64,000 bases of DNA from positions 96,001 to 160,000 of the forward strand of contig JBMNIH010000007.1 of NCBI GenBank assembly GCA_050950825.1, written 5' to 3'. The notes beneath the pieces are model-generated. The model had not been told where the DNA came from. It ran no database searches and saw nothing but the letters and a program-made list of their open reading frames with translations. Positions 28,845 to 39,193 of the stretch are shown in pieces. The DNA is from Clostridia bacterium. Its GTDB lineage: Bacteria; Bacillota; Clostridia; JAAYHZ01. The position numbers were made by a program, and so were the translations under genes. How positions within the stretch are numbered: position 1 is the first letter of the stretch; each line of letters starts with the position of its first letter.

Positions 28845-31235
28845 ATGGAGAACGAAAATAAAACGAATCGAATTTTTGTCATATTTCTTGCTTTCCTGTA
28901 TGCGGTAATTACCACAGGCGTATTGTCCCTTGTATTGCTGATACCTTTCGATTACCAAACCTGTGCCGTTGTCTGCTTCGTTACGATTTTCCTGCTTTCG
29001 GTGATGTCCATAAACAAAAAATTCTTCCGGATCACCTTCTCATTGATCATCGTAGCGGTGATTGCTTTTGTAGTCGTCGTCAACAAGGGCGGCCGATTGT
29101 ACATTGTTCAGCAAACCATCTATGATTACGGAAAATGGATTTGGCAAGCTTTGACCTCCTTGCGGAGAGATACGGAACCTTTTTTGAACTTATCGGTCAT
29201 TTTAATCTCCGTCGGCGTTTCCTTGGTTTGCTACATCCTTATTATCCGAAAAATCCGACTGCTTTTATTGGTCCTCTTCTCGCTGCCTGTATATGTCATT
29301 TCTTTTCTTAACATGCAGCCTGTTGGTTTCGGACCGATGATGCTTGTCGGCGTAATCCTCATGATTTTGTTTGCGATAACCGTATTTCGTGAACAAGGAA
29401 AGTCCTTTGCGAAAACCGAGGATCGGTGGCTGGAATTTAAATATATTGCCTTTGTGATTCCCATGGTGCTTCTTTTGGTATTGGGATCCTACGGCCTTTC
29501 GAAAACCTATCGACAGGACCGTTCCTCCCAAATGAACCGAATCGTTCAAAAAACGGAAGACAAGCTGGAAGAATGGAATATTATACGAGAAAAAAAGTTT
29601 GAATTCGGAGGCGAATTCAATTTGCAGTCCACCGGTTTCCGACCGGGGGGAGAGCTAGGCGGCAATGTAAAGGAAAGCAACAGCTTAGCCATGATCGTGG
29701 AAAGCAGCATCCCTCTTTATTTAAAAGGGTCCATCACGGATATCTACACGGGAAGGTCTTGGAAGCCGAGCTTGAGAGTCGCTACCACCTTAAGAAGTAC
29801 GAATATTACCAATTATGTGACCGACGCCACCTTCTCGGAAAGGCATGTTTTTGAAGCGGCGATGAGGGCTCTTAATTATCGTTTGGATCGTGCGGATTAC
29901 GATACCTTCTTTCAAGAAGGCGAAGTGGAAATTGCTCACTACGGTTTAAAAACAAACACATTATTCTACCCGCAGAACCTGATTCAGGTGGAGCTGGCCA
30001 AGCAGAACGATCGAAAAATTCGCATCAACAGCAACAACGAATTGTATTTCCCCTTTAATGTGGTGGAGAATACCAACTACACCGTTAAATACCGATACTT
30101 TGTAATCGGGCATCCGGCGGCGGAGTATTTGCTACGTCAGTTGGGCCGAGGACTTTTGGACGAATATTTAAGCTTGGACAGAAACAAAAAGCTTAAGGAA
30201 AAATACGACTATATTTATGAAAGGTATACGGAAACGGAAGCGGTTCCGGAAAGCGTAAAGGATTTGGCTCAGAGAATCGTGGAACAGGCCGGTGCCGATA
30301 ACCGATACGATATGGCCAAAGCCATCGAATCGTATCTTAGGGAAAACTATATCTACACCTTAAGCCCCGGACCCGTACCTGCCGGAAGAGATTTTACGGA
30401 GTATTTCCTGTTCACCGGAAAAGGAGGCTACTGCACCTATTATGCAACGGCCATGACCGTCATGCTCCGCTCTTTGGGTATTCCGGCAAGATACGTGGAA
30501 GGCTTTATAACCAAAGAAGAAAACAAGATCGGTAAAATATATTCCGTTCTTTCGAAGAACAGCCATGCGTGGGTGGAAGTTTTCTTCGAAGGCGTAGGCT
30601 GGATCACTTTTGAACCGACATCTTCCATAGAAGGGGTGGTAATCCCCGGTGAAGGTACCGGTACGGGAGAAGGAGTCGGCGAATACCAACAGGAAGACGA
30701 TATTTGGGACTGGGCAGGCGGTTTGCCGGAAGAGTACTTTGAACTGCCGGATACGGATGTGATAGAAGATGAATGGTACGGTGATTACGATTGGCTCGGA
30801 AAGGGTAAAATAAAGTGGGAGACAATTCTTCTTTACATTCTCGCCGGAATACTGGTTTTGTTCTATCCCGTCAAAATTCTTCTGATAAAATTACGGCTTT
30901 TAGCGGATAGAAAAAAATCGCCGACTCGAGCCATTATACTGTATTACAACAGGCTTCTTAAGCTCTTGGATATTGCCGGCTTAGGACTTCAAACGGGAGA
31001 AACGCTGTTTGAGATGACCGACAGAAAGCATATCGTGGTTCGATCGGTACGACGGGAATTGAAGATGGCTACCGAAGCCTTCTGCTCCATCCGCTTTGCC
31101 GATATGGAGCGCGATAAAAAGGACTTTAACAACGTATACTACGTTTACAAAAAAATGCATGACAACATTAAATTCTACTTAGGATGGCGGAGGTTCTTCG
31201 TTCGAAGGTACATAAAAGGATTTAAAATATGGTAA
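28845..31235 (+). CDS. Membrane transglutaminase-like protein
   Basis: N-terminal TMs; GYCTYYAT, GIPARYVEGF, HAWVE and FEPT. Confidence 0.9.
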   Translation: MENENKTNRIFVIFLAFLYAVITTGVLSLVLLIPFDYQTCAVVCFVTIFLLSVMSINKKFFRITFSLIIVAVIAFVVVVNKGGRLYIVQQTIYDYGKWIWQALTSLRRDTEPFLNLSVILISVGVSLVCYILIIRKIRLLLLVLFSLPVYVISFLNMQPVGFGPMMLVGVILMILFAITVFREQGKSFAKTEDRWLEFKYIAFVIPMVLLLVLGSYGLSKTYRQDRSSQMNRIVQKTEDKLEEWNIIREKKFEFGGEFNLQSTGFRPGGELGGNVKESNSLAMIVESSIPLYLKGSITDIYTGRSWKPSLRVATTLRSTNITNYVTDATFSERHVFEAAMRALNYRLDRADYDTFFQEGEVEIAHYGLKTNTLFYPQNLIQVELAKQNDRKIRINSNNELYFPFNVVENTNYTVKYRYFVIGHPAAEYLLRQLGRGLLDEYLSLDRNKKLKEKYDYIYERYTETEAVPESVKDLAQRIVEQAGADNRYDMAKAIESYLRENYIYTLSPGPVPAGRDFTEYFLFTGKGGYCTYYATAMTVMLRSLGIPARYVEGFITKEENKIGKIYSVLSKNSHAWVEVFFEGVGWITFEPTSSIEGVVIPGEGTGTGEGVGEYQQEDDIWDWAGGLPEEYFELPDTDVIEDEWYGDYDWLGKGKIKWETILLYILAGILVLFYPVKILLIKLRLLADRKKSPTRAIILYYNRLLKLLDIAGLGLQTGETLFEMTDRKHIVVRSVRRELKMATEAFCSIRFADMERDKKDFNNVYYVYKKMHDNIKFYLGWRRFFVRRYIKGFKIW

Positions 31236-31315
31236 TCTATCCGGAAGTTTTTTGAGGATATGATATAATAGGCGAATAGATGAAACGAGATACGAAATAG
31301 GAGAGAGAACGAATA

Positions 31316-33289
31316 ATGACAAAAGGTACTTTTTATATCACAACCCCGATATATTATCCTAGCGACAAGCTGCATATCGGCCATTCGTATACGACGGTGG
31401 CCGCGGATGCGATGGCCAGATACAAAAGATTGAAAGGCTATGACGTCATGTTCTTAACCGGAACCGACGAACACGGCCAAAAGATTCAACGGATTGCCAA
31501 CGAAAAAGGCGTAACTCCGCAAGAATACGTGGATCACATTGTCAGCGGCATTAAAGAGCTTTGGAAGCTGATGAAAATCAGCAACGATAAATTCATTCGG
31601 ACGACGGACGATTACCATGTAAAGGCGGTACAGAAGATCTTTAAAAAGCTGTATGACCAAGGAGACATCTACAAGAGCGAATACGAAGGATGGTATTGTA
31701 CCCCTTGCGAGTCCTTCTGGACCGAAACCCAATTGGGTGATGACAAAAAATGTCCGGACTGTGGACGTCCGGTGGAATTGACAAAGGAGGAAAGCTATTT
31801 CTTCCGTCTGTCCAAATACCGGGACGATTTGATCCGCTATATCGAAGAACACCCCGAATTCATTCAACCGGAATCTCGTAGAAACGAGATGATGAATAAT
31901 TTCCTTAAAAAAGGTCTGGAGGACTTGTGCGTATCAAGAACCACCTTCGATTGGGGTATTCCGGTCGAGTTTGACAAGGGTCACGTGGTGTATGTTTGGA
32001 TCGACGCTTTGTCCAATTACATTACCGCTTTAGGATATCTTTCGGAAGACGAATCCTTGTTTGAAAAGTTTTGGCCGGCGGATGTACATCTTGTAGGGAA
32101 AGAAATCGTAAGGTTCCATACCATTATATGGCCGGCGATGCTGATGGCTTTAGACTTGCCGATACCGAAGCAGGTCTTCGGGCACGGATGGCTTGTGTTA
32201 TCCGGCGGGAAGATGTCCAAATCCAAAGGAAACGTGGTGGACCCGGTTGTTTTGGTGAATAAATACGGCTTGGACGCCATTCGCTACTTTTTGTTAAGAG
32301 AAATGCCCTTCGGTGCCGACGGCTTGTTTTCCAACGAAGCGTTAATCGGCAGAATCAACGCGGATTTGGCAAACGACTTGGGAAATTTGGTGAGCCGTAC
32401 CGTGGCCATGATCGACAAATATTTCGACGGTGCCATTCCGGAGGAACGTACGGGAGGCGATTTTGACAAAGAGCTGATTGATACGGTGTTGGCGGTACCG
32501 CCGAAAGTAGACGAAAAAATGGAGCAATTGGAATTCTCGTTGGCTTTGACGGAGATTTGGAAGGCGATCGCAAAAACAAACAAATATATTGACGAGACGA
32601 CGCCTTGGCTTTTGGCGAAGGACGAGAAGCAAAAGCCTCGCTTGGCGCAGGTGATGTACAACCTTGCGGAGAGTATAAGAATCGTTTCCATTTTGATACA
32701 GCCCTTCTTGGTGGAAACACCTCCTCTCATTTGGGAGCAGCTGGGCATCAAGGATCCGAAGGAAACGGAATGGGACAGCGTCTACCGTTGGGGCGGATAC
32801 AAAATCGGAAACAAGGTGCAAAAGGGCAAGGTCATATTCCCGCGCATCGATTTGGATCAAGAGCTGAAGGAATTGGACAATCTTTTAAGCGGGAAAGCTT
32901 CTTCCGAACAAAAGAAGGAAGAGAAGAAGGAAGACAAGAAAGCGGAGCAAAAGCAAGAAGAGCCCGATATCATTACCATCGATGACTTTGCCAAAATTGA
33001 CTTTCGGACCGTTACGGTGTTGGAAGCCGAAAGAGTGGAAGGTGCGGAAAAGCTGTTAAAGCTAAAGGTTCGCATGGGAGACGAAATCCGCCAAGTGGTT
33101 TCCGGCATTGCGAAATATTACGAACCGGAGGAGTTAATCGGTAAGAATATGATCCTGGTAGCCAATCTGAAGCCGGTAAAGATTCGAGGAATCGAATCCC
33201 AAGGAATGATATTAGCCGCTTCCGACGACAAGGATTTGAGCGTCGTCACCTTGGATAAACCGATGCCTTCGGGATCGAAGGTACGTTAA
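31316..33289 (+). CDS. metG: Methionyl-tRNA synthetase
   Basis: HIGH, KMSKS and a C-terminal tRNA-binding domain. Confidence 0.98.
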   Translation: MTKGTFYITTPIYYPSDKLHIGHSYTTVAADAMARYKRLKGYDVMFLTGTDEHGQKIQRIANEKGVTPQEYVDHIVSGIKELWKLMKISNDKFIRTTDDYHVKAVQKIFKKLYDQGDIYKSEYEGWYCTPCESFWTETQLGDDKKCPDCGRPVELTKEESYFFRLSKYRDDLIRYIEEHPEFIQPESRRNEMMNNFLKKGLEDLCVSRTTFDWGIPVEFDKGHVVYVWIDALSNYITALGYLSEDESLFEKFWPADVHLVGKEIVRFHTIIWPAMLMALDLPIPKQVFGHGWLVLSGGKMSKSKGNVVDPVVLVNKYGLDAIRYFLLREMPFGADGLFSNEALIGRINADLANDLGNLVSRTVAMIDKYFDGAIPEERTGGDFDKELIDTVLAVPPKVDEKMEQLEFSLALTEIWKAIAKTNKYIDETTPWLLAKDEKQKPRLAQVMYNLAESIRIVSILIQPFLVETPPLIWEQLGIKDPKETEWDSVYRWGGYKIGNKVQKGKVIFPRIDLDQELKELDNLLSGKASSEQKKEEKKEDKKAEQKQEEPDIITIDDFAKIDFRTVTVLEAERVEGAEKLLKLKVRMGDEIRQVVSGIAKYYEPEELIGKNMILVANLKPVKIRGIESQGMILAASDDKDLSVVTLDKPMPSGSKVR

Positions 33290-33324
33290 ACAGGTGAAGG
33301 GATAGAAAAAAAGGAAGAATATAA

Positions 33325-33352
33325 AAAATCGGCAGAGTCTTCTGCCGATTTT
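33325..33352. terminator. Bidirectional terminator
   Basis: AAAATCGGCAGA..TCTGCCGATTTT. Confidence 0.8.
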
Positions 33353-33364
33353 ATTGTCTTCCGT

Positions 33365-34621
33365 CTATTTTTGCAAACGTTCATAGTTTTCTTGAAAGCA
33401 TTTTCGTATCGTTTCATCAATGCCTTTTTTAAAGGGACCCTTGAAACCGCTTAAAAGAGGCGCTTCCTTTCCTTCGTAGCCGCCCTCTTCGATAATTTTA
33501 TCGGAAGGGATATACGTCAGGGCTTCATGATAGCCTAAGAAGAACAGGTCTTTTCCTTCAAACACCTCTTGAACGATTTGCTTGACCTCGTAACAGATTT
33601 CTCCTCCCATATACGCAAAGTACAGATCGTCGGTCATCTTGACGATTCCGGCATGGATGTTAGCGGTTTCGGATAAGGTGTCATAGTTTTCCACCGTCCT
33701 TTTGTAGGCCTTTCGGGTTTCGGCCATTTGCTCGAAAAATTCCTTCGGTAAAGGATCGATGACTGCAGGAATCACAAAGGATACGGCATCGAAGACAGGG
33801 TCGATCTTTTTGTATTCGGCCCGTTCAATCACATTCTTGATGGCCATAAATATGGATACGGCCATTTGATCGACCTCGTCGAAGCTGCAGGATGAAAACT
33901 TGCTTCCTTTTGCGCTGATCAAGGGGCGCATATTCCCGGCGGAGCCTTGAAGAAAACCGGATACGCAGCCGTAGTAAGCGGCGTCTAACAATTGGTTGAT
34001 TCGACCCGGAAACTCGGAGGAAATGTACATGGTAGCTCCGAGGGTTACCGCATGGCATGAATAGTTGTAGAAAATACCCCGTATCTTTCCGGCATTGTCC
34101 TTGAGAATTAATATCCACAGCTCCCTATCCTTGATATCCTCGTAGTTGGGGGCCATAACCGTGTTGCCGTTGACTTTTTTTCTACGATTCACGTTCCAAT
34201 CTCCGGTCGTTTTGGCGTAATAGGCGTCTCCTTGGAAAAGGTTCAAAAACATTTTGTCGATACAGCAGCGGGTCCTTTCAAAAAGGAAATTCTCAAGCTC
34301 CGTATATTCGTTTTCCGGATCTTCGTGATAATGCTTGATTGCAGGACCTGCATGGGTATGGGAATAGGAGATGAGGACTTCTTCCTTTTTTACGCCGTAT
34401 CGGTCGCAAAGGTAGTCTTGGATCCTTTTGTTCAGGCAGTAATTGAAGTGGATGATATCATAGCTGATAATTACAATTTGCTTGTCCTCGTTTTTTAAGA
34501 GACAGGATCGAACATACAAATCGTCGTGGATACCTTCGAAGGGTTCGGTTCGAGCGGCATAGCCTCCCATCTTCATTAATACGTGGGGCGTTACCATTTC
34601 TTTTGCTGTTCCGATAATCAT
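33365..34621 (-). CDS. Neutral-ceramidase-like amidohydrolase
   Basis: HDDLYVR, SHTHAGP, NRR, NYSCH and GGYE. Confidence 0.75.
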   Translation of the reverse strand: MIIGTAKEMVTPHVLMKMGGYAARTEPFEGIHDDLYVRSCLLKNEDKQIVIISYDIIHFNYCLNKRIQDYLCDRYGVKKEEVLISYSHTHAGPAIKHYHEDPENEYTELENFLFERTRCCIDKMFLNLFQGDAYYAKTTGDWNVNRRKKVNGNTVMAPNYEDIKDRELWILILKDNAGKIRGIFYNYSCHAVTLGATMYISSEFPGRINQLLDAAYYGCVSGFLQGSAGNMRPLISAKGSKFSSCSFDEVDQMAVSIFMAIKNVIERAEYKKIDPVFDAVSFVIPAVIDPLPKEFFEQMAETRKAYKRTVENYDTLSETANIHAGIVKMTDDLYFAYMGGEICYEVKQIVQEVFEGKDLFFLGYHEALTYIPSDKIIEEGGYEGKEAPLLSGFKGPFKKGIDETIRKCFQENYERLQK

Positions 34622-34671
34622 TTTTACCTCCAAATAAAAAGGGACGTATCGGTCCCTTAAATTTTAAAAGT

Positions 34672-35793
34672 TTATGCCAGGCTCTTAAAGAAAGCGGCCC
34701 TTGTTTTGTTCGGAATGGATTCGAAATATTTCCACTGTCCTCTCACATCAAAGTTCTTGACCAATTGGGGATTTAAATCCACCGTCCGAATTCCCAGCTT
34801 GTTGCACATTTCCACCATTTCGCACAAGAGAATGGCATTAATTCCTTTTCGCTTGTAGTCCGGTCTTACGGCGATTAAAATCAATTCCAACCGAGAGGGA
34901 TTCTTTAACGTCCGGTAAATATCGAACAATCCTAAAGGCAGAAGCTTGCCGTTGTGCTTTTGCAGGACCTTCGTTAAAGAGGGGAAGCCTAACCCGAATG
35001 CAATAGGCTCTCCTTCCGGATCTTGTATGATACGTACGTATTTCGGATCAATTACGGAAAAGTACATGTCGACGTAATGGTCGATTTGCTTTTCCGTCAA
35101 CTCCACCACGCCGTAGAGGTCTTTGTAGCAAATGTTGATCAAATCGAAAATTTTGGGCGCAATTTTCTTAATCTCGCTTTTCGATTCGAATTTCATTAAC
35201 GAAACGCCGTAACGAGATTTGGCATATTCGGCGATGTTTTTAATGGATTCCGGAACCGTTTCCGGAATTTTTAGCTCGTATTCCACCCATTCGGCGTCTT
35301 CCACGTATCCTAAGCGTTTTAAATATTCGGGGTAATAGGGATAGTTGTATATAGTGGTAAATGTGCCCGTAAATTCAAAGCCGGAGGTCAACATTCCTTC
35401 GGGGTCTAAATCGCAAAATCCGAGAGGACCGTGAATACCTTCCATTCCTTGTTCTTTTAAATAGTTTTCCGCAGCCTCAAAAAGCTTTGACGCCACTTCA
35501 AAATCTTCAATGAAGTCAACGAAACCGAATCGACCGTATTTCTTATTGTACTTCTTGGTGAATAAGTCATTGATGATTACGGCGATTCTTCCTGCGACCT
35601 TATTGTCCTTATACGCCAAAAACATCTTGATTCTGCAGTGTTCGAAAGCCGGATTCTTTTTCTCTTTCAGCGTTTGGTATTCATCCACGCGAAGGCTCGG
35701 AACAAAATTGGGATGATCTTCGTACAGCCGATATGTAAAATTAACAAATTGTCGCAATTGCTTTCTCGTTGTAACTTCTTTTATTACCACCAT
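34672..35793 (-). CDS. Tandem-GNAT acetyltransferase (YghO-like)
   Basis: GRIA, GP.GF..EGML..GF, YNYPYY and VRPDYKRKG. Confidence 0.8.
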   Translation of the reverse strand: MVVIKEVTTRKQLRQFVNFTYRLYEDHPNFVPSLRVDEYQTLKEKKNPAFEHCRIKMFLAYKDNKVAGRIAVIINDLFTKKYNKKYGRFGFVDFIEDFEVASKLFEAAENYLKEQGMEGIHGPLGFCDLDPEGMLTSGFEFTGTFTTIYNYPYYPEYLKRLGYVEDAEWVEYELKIPETVPESIKNIAEYAKSRYGVSLMKFESKSEIKKIAPKIFDLINICYKDLYGVVELTEKQIDHYVDMYFSVIDPKYVRIIQDPEGEPIAFGLGFPSLTKVLQKHNGKLLPLGLFDIYRTLKNPSRLELILIAVRPDYKRKGINAILLCEMVEMCNKLGIRTVDLNPQLVKNFDVRGQWKYFESIPNKTRAAFFKSLA

Positions 35794-36039
35794 TTTATCA
35801 CACCCGTTTTCTATTTTTGCTCATTATAGCATAAAGATACGGTGTTGAGAATACGCATTCTCAATATCCATATATTGTGGAAAATCGACTAATTCCATTC
35901 TAATCATTTTTTTAAATTCAATTTTCAACTTTTTTACCGAAATTGTATCGTCTTTCGTACATATGATATAATGAGTATGCATTCGTAACCGGGTTTATGA
36001 AGGATTTTTCTCTTTTTGGGAAGGGAGGATCACGATAAC

Positions 36040-36456
36040 GTGAAAGGCTTTACGAAAAAGGTTTTAATCGGTCTTGCGGTGGTTGCCGCCTTGTTCGCCG
36101 TATTGGTTCTTCCCGAGCTGTTAAGGGATAAAACGCCGGAAAAGATGCCCGGGGACGAGGGTACATATCGAGTGGTAACTTTGTATGATTCCACGTTTTC
36201 CGACGGAAGAAGGATCGTTGAGGAAATGAAGGACCTTGCGACAAGCTATGAGGGGGTACCGTCCTTCGTATACGTGGATACTTCCGAGGAAGATGCGGAA
36301 ACGGGAAATTTACGTTTAATGGCCGGAAGAAGCTACACCGTCTATTTCTTGGGTAAAAACAGCGAAATCATTACGCTCTGGTATGAATTGAATTTCGATA
36401 AAGATACCTTTATCGGTGCTATTGAACAGTGTTTCGGCGTAAAACCGAAGGACTAA
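36040..36456 (+). CDS. Membrane-anchored protein, possible thioredoxin-like fold
   Basis: GGGAGG RBS with GTG start, one TM helix; paralog of the next gene. Confidence 0.65.
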   Translation: MKGFTKKVLIGLAVVAALFAVLVLPELLRDKTPEKMPGDEGTYRVVTLYDSTFSDGRRIVEEMKDLATSYEGVPSFVYVDTSEEDAETGNLRLMAGRSYTVYFLGKNSEIITLWYELNFDKDTFIGAIEQCFGVKPKD

Positions 36457-36479
36457 TATTTGGTAAGGGGGTGGTTGAT

Positions 36480-36905
36480 ATGTTGGTGACCCGATTGAAC
36501 AATCGTATGGAATTTGTGGTTGCGCTGTTTGCCCTTTTGGTTGTCCTGTTCGTCGTATTCAATATCCGGGATTGGATCTTACCGGATGAAATTACACCCG
36601 ATTCGATACCGGGGGACCAAGGCATGAAAAGAGTGGTAACCATCTATAATCGTGATCGATACGAAGGACTCACGGTGAAAGAAAATATGGAACGAATCAG
36701 CAACTCCGGTAAGCATCCGAATATACAATTCATATTTGTCGATGCGGTCGAAGACCAAACCGCCCACGGGCGACTGCCTTTCTCTTGGGATGTGGATTAC
36801 ACCGTCTATTTTCTGGACGAATCGGGAGATGTAGTGTGGTACATTAACAACGGCTTTACCAATACCGTCATAATATATGCTTTGGATAATTACTTAAAAG
36901 ACTGA
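36480..36905 (+). CDS. Membrane-anchored protein, paralog of the upstream gene
   Basis: Shares TP...PGD.G..RVVT.Y, F..VD and YTVYFL with the upstream gene. Confidence 0.65.
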   Translation: MLVTRLNNRMEFVVALFALLVVLFVVFNIRDWILPDEITPDSIPGDQGMKRVVTIYNRDRYEGLTVKENMERISNSGKHPNIQFIFVDAVEDQTAHGRLPFSWDVDYTVYFLDESGDVVWYINNGFTNTVIIYALDNYLKD

Positions 36906-36933
36906 TTTGAGAGCCGTGTCCGATGGTTGTTTA

Positions 36934-36959
36934 AAAAAGCCGGCAGATGCCGGCTTTTT
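36934..36959. terminator. Bidirectional terminator
   Basis: AAAAAGCCGGCA..TGCCGGCTTTTT. Confidence 0.8.
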
Positions 36960-36962
36960 GCA

Positions 36963-38246
36963 CTATAGATTTTTTAATAAAGAAATTAAAGCCTCGGTCA
37001 TACGGTATCCGGATTCCGGTCCGGCACAGGTATATGAGGTCAAGGAAGGCTCGTACCCGCCTTGTTCAAAGGCTTCTCTTACCGGTATGTATCCGAAAGA
37101 ACCGTTTGTCAGCTCCGCCGCCACGGTTACTTTAAAAGGAGAGTGTTTTTTCACTTCCAAACCGAATTCGACGAAAATTTCGCCCGGGAATCCGGCAATA
37201 GCCCAATCTCCTACGGACAGAACCTGCAGCTCCGCATCCAAGTATTCCTTCGGATTCTCATAATAGCGTACCAATTCCAATTCAATGAAGCGTTTTCCTT
37301 CCGGATCGTTTTTCAATACTTCGTAAGCTTTTTTAACCGCTTCCGGATCCGGCTTGCGGGTATCCAAGCGAAGGGTTGTGGACGCGTAATTTACGCAGGC
37401 TTGGTCACTCGTTATGATTTTTTCTCTTGTTTTTATAATCTCGTATGCCAATACTCGCCCCATATAATCGCTGTAGGGTCTGCCTTTTGAAGAGGGAATT
37501 CCTTTTTTCTGTTCGAAGTTAATATGATTGATGTTCCCGCAGGTTCCGGTATAGAAGATACTGATGACGCTGTCTCCTAGCACCTTCGATACGGTTCGCG
37601 CAATGGCTCCCGGATAATCGGCGCTGTATTCGGTGCCCCCCACAACATCCAGATGGCACGCATAGCTCGATAAAACGGCAAGAGGACGGTCGTTTTCGTC
37701 GTCAATACGAACAACGGCTACTTGGGGGTCCGTAGGACCTAAGGGGCGGTCCAAATCCGGACTCATCACGGGAGGATTGGTTCGGAATGTACCGTCTTTC
37801 ATGCGGTAACGTCTGTTAAAGCCGATGGTATCGTCATATCCGTATGCAGCCCCGATTTTCACGTTTCGAAGATTTTGGTCCGCCATAAAAACGGCATGGG
37901 CCGCTCTTTGGGACAAAAATTCCAAATAGGCGGGGTCTTTTTTGCTTTTATAAAGGTCTCCTACCGGTCCTCCGGTATGCGTATGGGTTGCGGAAACCAT
38001 GATGGCCGCAGGGTCTATGCCGCAAAGCTTGGATGCTTTTTCGCGAATATTCTGTACGGTTTCCGTACCGATAATAATGGCATCCAAAACTACGGAAGCG
38101 ATTCTTTTATTGCCGTCGTCGAAAACAACGGCTTTCGCATAAAGGGGATCTTTGACACCGCTGGAAATACGGTTGTAGGTTTGTCCGGGGATATCGGAGC
38201 CAAGATACGGGGTAATGTCCGTTTGTGCAACGCCGCATTTTATCAT
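36963..38246 (-). CDS. Neutral-ceramidase-like amidohydrolase
   Basis: DITP, DPLYAKA, ATHTHTG, FNRR, YACH, SADYPG and GGYE. Confidence 0.8.
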   Translation of the reverse strand: MIKCGVAQTDITPYLGSDIPGQTYNRISSGVKDPLYAKAVVFDDGNKRIASVVLDAIIIGTETVQNIREKASKLCGIDPAAIMVSATHTHTGGPVGDLYKSKKDPAYLEFLSQRAAHAVFMADQNLRNVKIGAAYGYDDTIGFNRRYRMKDGTFRTNPPVMSPDLDRPLGPTDPQVAVVRIDDENDRPLAVLSSYACHLDVVGGTEYSADYPGAIARTVSKVLGDSVISIFYTGTCGNINHINFEQKKGIPSSKGRPYSDYMGRVLAYEIIKTREKIITSDQACVNYASTTLRLDTRKPDPEAVKKAYEVLKNDPEGKRFIELELVRYYENPKEYLDAELQVLSVGDWAIAGFPGEIFVEFGLEVKKHSPFKVTVAAELTNGSFGYIPVREAFEQGGYEPSLTSYTCAGPESGYRMTEALISLLKNL

Positions 38247-38445
38247 ATTTCGCCTCGGTTAAAAACCGAGCCTTCACCACCTTTCTTCATTGTCATGCGT
38301 ATCGCGGATCGTTTCCCTCATTATAGCATACTCGGCTGTCGAGAAATCGGAAAATCGGGGGAATAAAGGGGTAAAAATTGTTGGATAAAGAGGAGAACCA
38401 ATGTGGTATAATTTACTGTGTTTATTTAAGGGAGGTGTCGAATTC

Positions 38446-39159
38446 GTGTTAAAAAAAGTTCTGCTGATAAGCTTGACAATCCTTTTTATTTTTGTTTTTG
38501 TATCATGCGGGAAATCGAAAACATTCCAAACCGATCCTCCGAAGCCCGGTGAGCAGATCGCCATTATCCATACCTCCATGGGGGACATCACGGTGAAGTT
38601 TTTTCCAAAGTCTGCACCCAAAGCCGTTGAAAATTTTATAACCCACGCGAAGAACGGCTATTTTGACGGCATGATTTTTCACCGCGTTTATGAAAACTTT
38701 ATGATCCAAAGCGGCTGTCCCAACGGTGACGGAACGGGCGGCGAAAGCATCTGGGGCGGATACTTTGAAGATGAATTCGATAAAAATTTGCACCACTTCT
38801 CAGGCGCCCTTTCCATGGCCAATCACGGACCGGATACCAACGGCAGCCAATTCTTTATCGTACAAAGCGGCCCGGAGGTCATGACGGAAGACATACGAAA
38901 AAGAATGGAGAATTGGGGCATGAAAAAGGACTTGATTGATCGATATATGGAATTAGGCGGCGCTCCTCATTTGGATCATGAATACGCTCCTTCGGGGCAA
39001 GGCCATGTCATTTTCGGTCAAGTGGTGGAGGGCATGGACGTGGTGGAGGCCATCGGTAAAGTCCGCGTCATTTACAACGAGGTTTACCAAGAACGAAGCA
39101 AGCCGAAGGATGATGTTGTCATTTTATCGGTGGAGATTACGACCTACAAAGGTGAATAA
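38446..39159 (+). CDS. Cyclophilin peptidyl-prolyl isomerase, lipoprotein
   Basis: FVSC lipobox, FHRV..FMIQ and NGSQFFI. Confidence 0.93.
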   Translation: MLKKVLLISLTILFIFVFVSCGKSKTFQTDPPKPGEQIAIIHTSMGDITVKFFPKSAPKAVENFITHAKNGYFDGMIFHRVYENFMIQSGCPNGDGTGGESIWGGYFEDEFDKNLHHFSGALSMANHGPDTNGSQFFIVQSGPEVMTEDIRKRMENWGMKKDLIDRYMELGGAPHLDHEYAPSGQGHVIFGQVVEGMDVVEAIGKVRVIYNEVYQERSKPKDDVVILSVEITTYKGE

Positions 39160-39193
39160 AGTCCTATCATTTATATAACCGGGGGTATCGATT

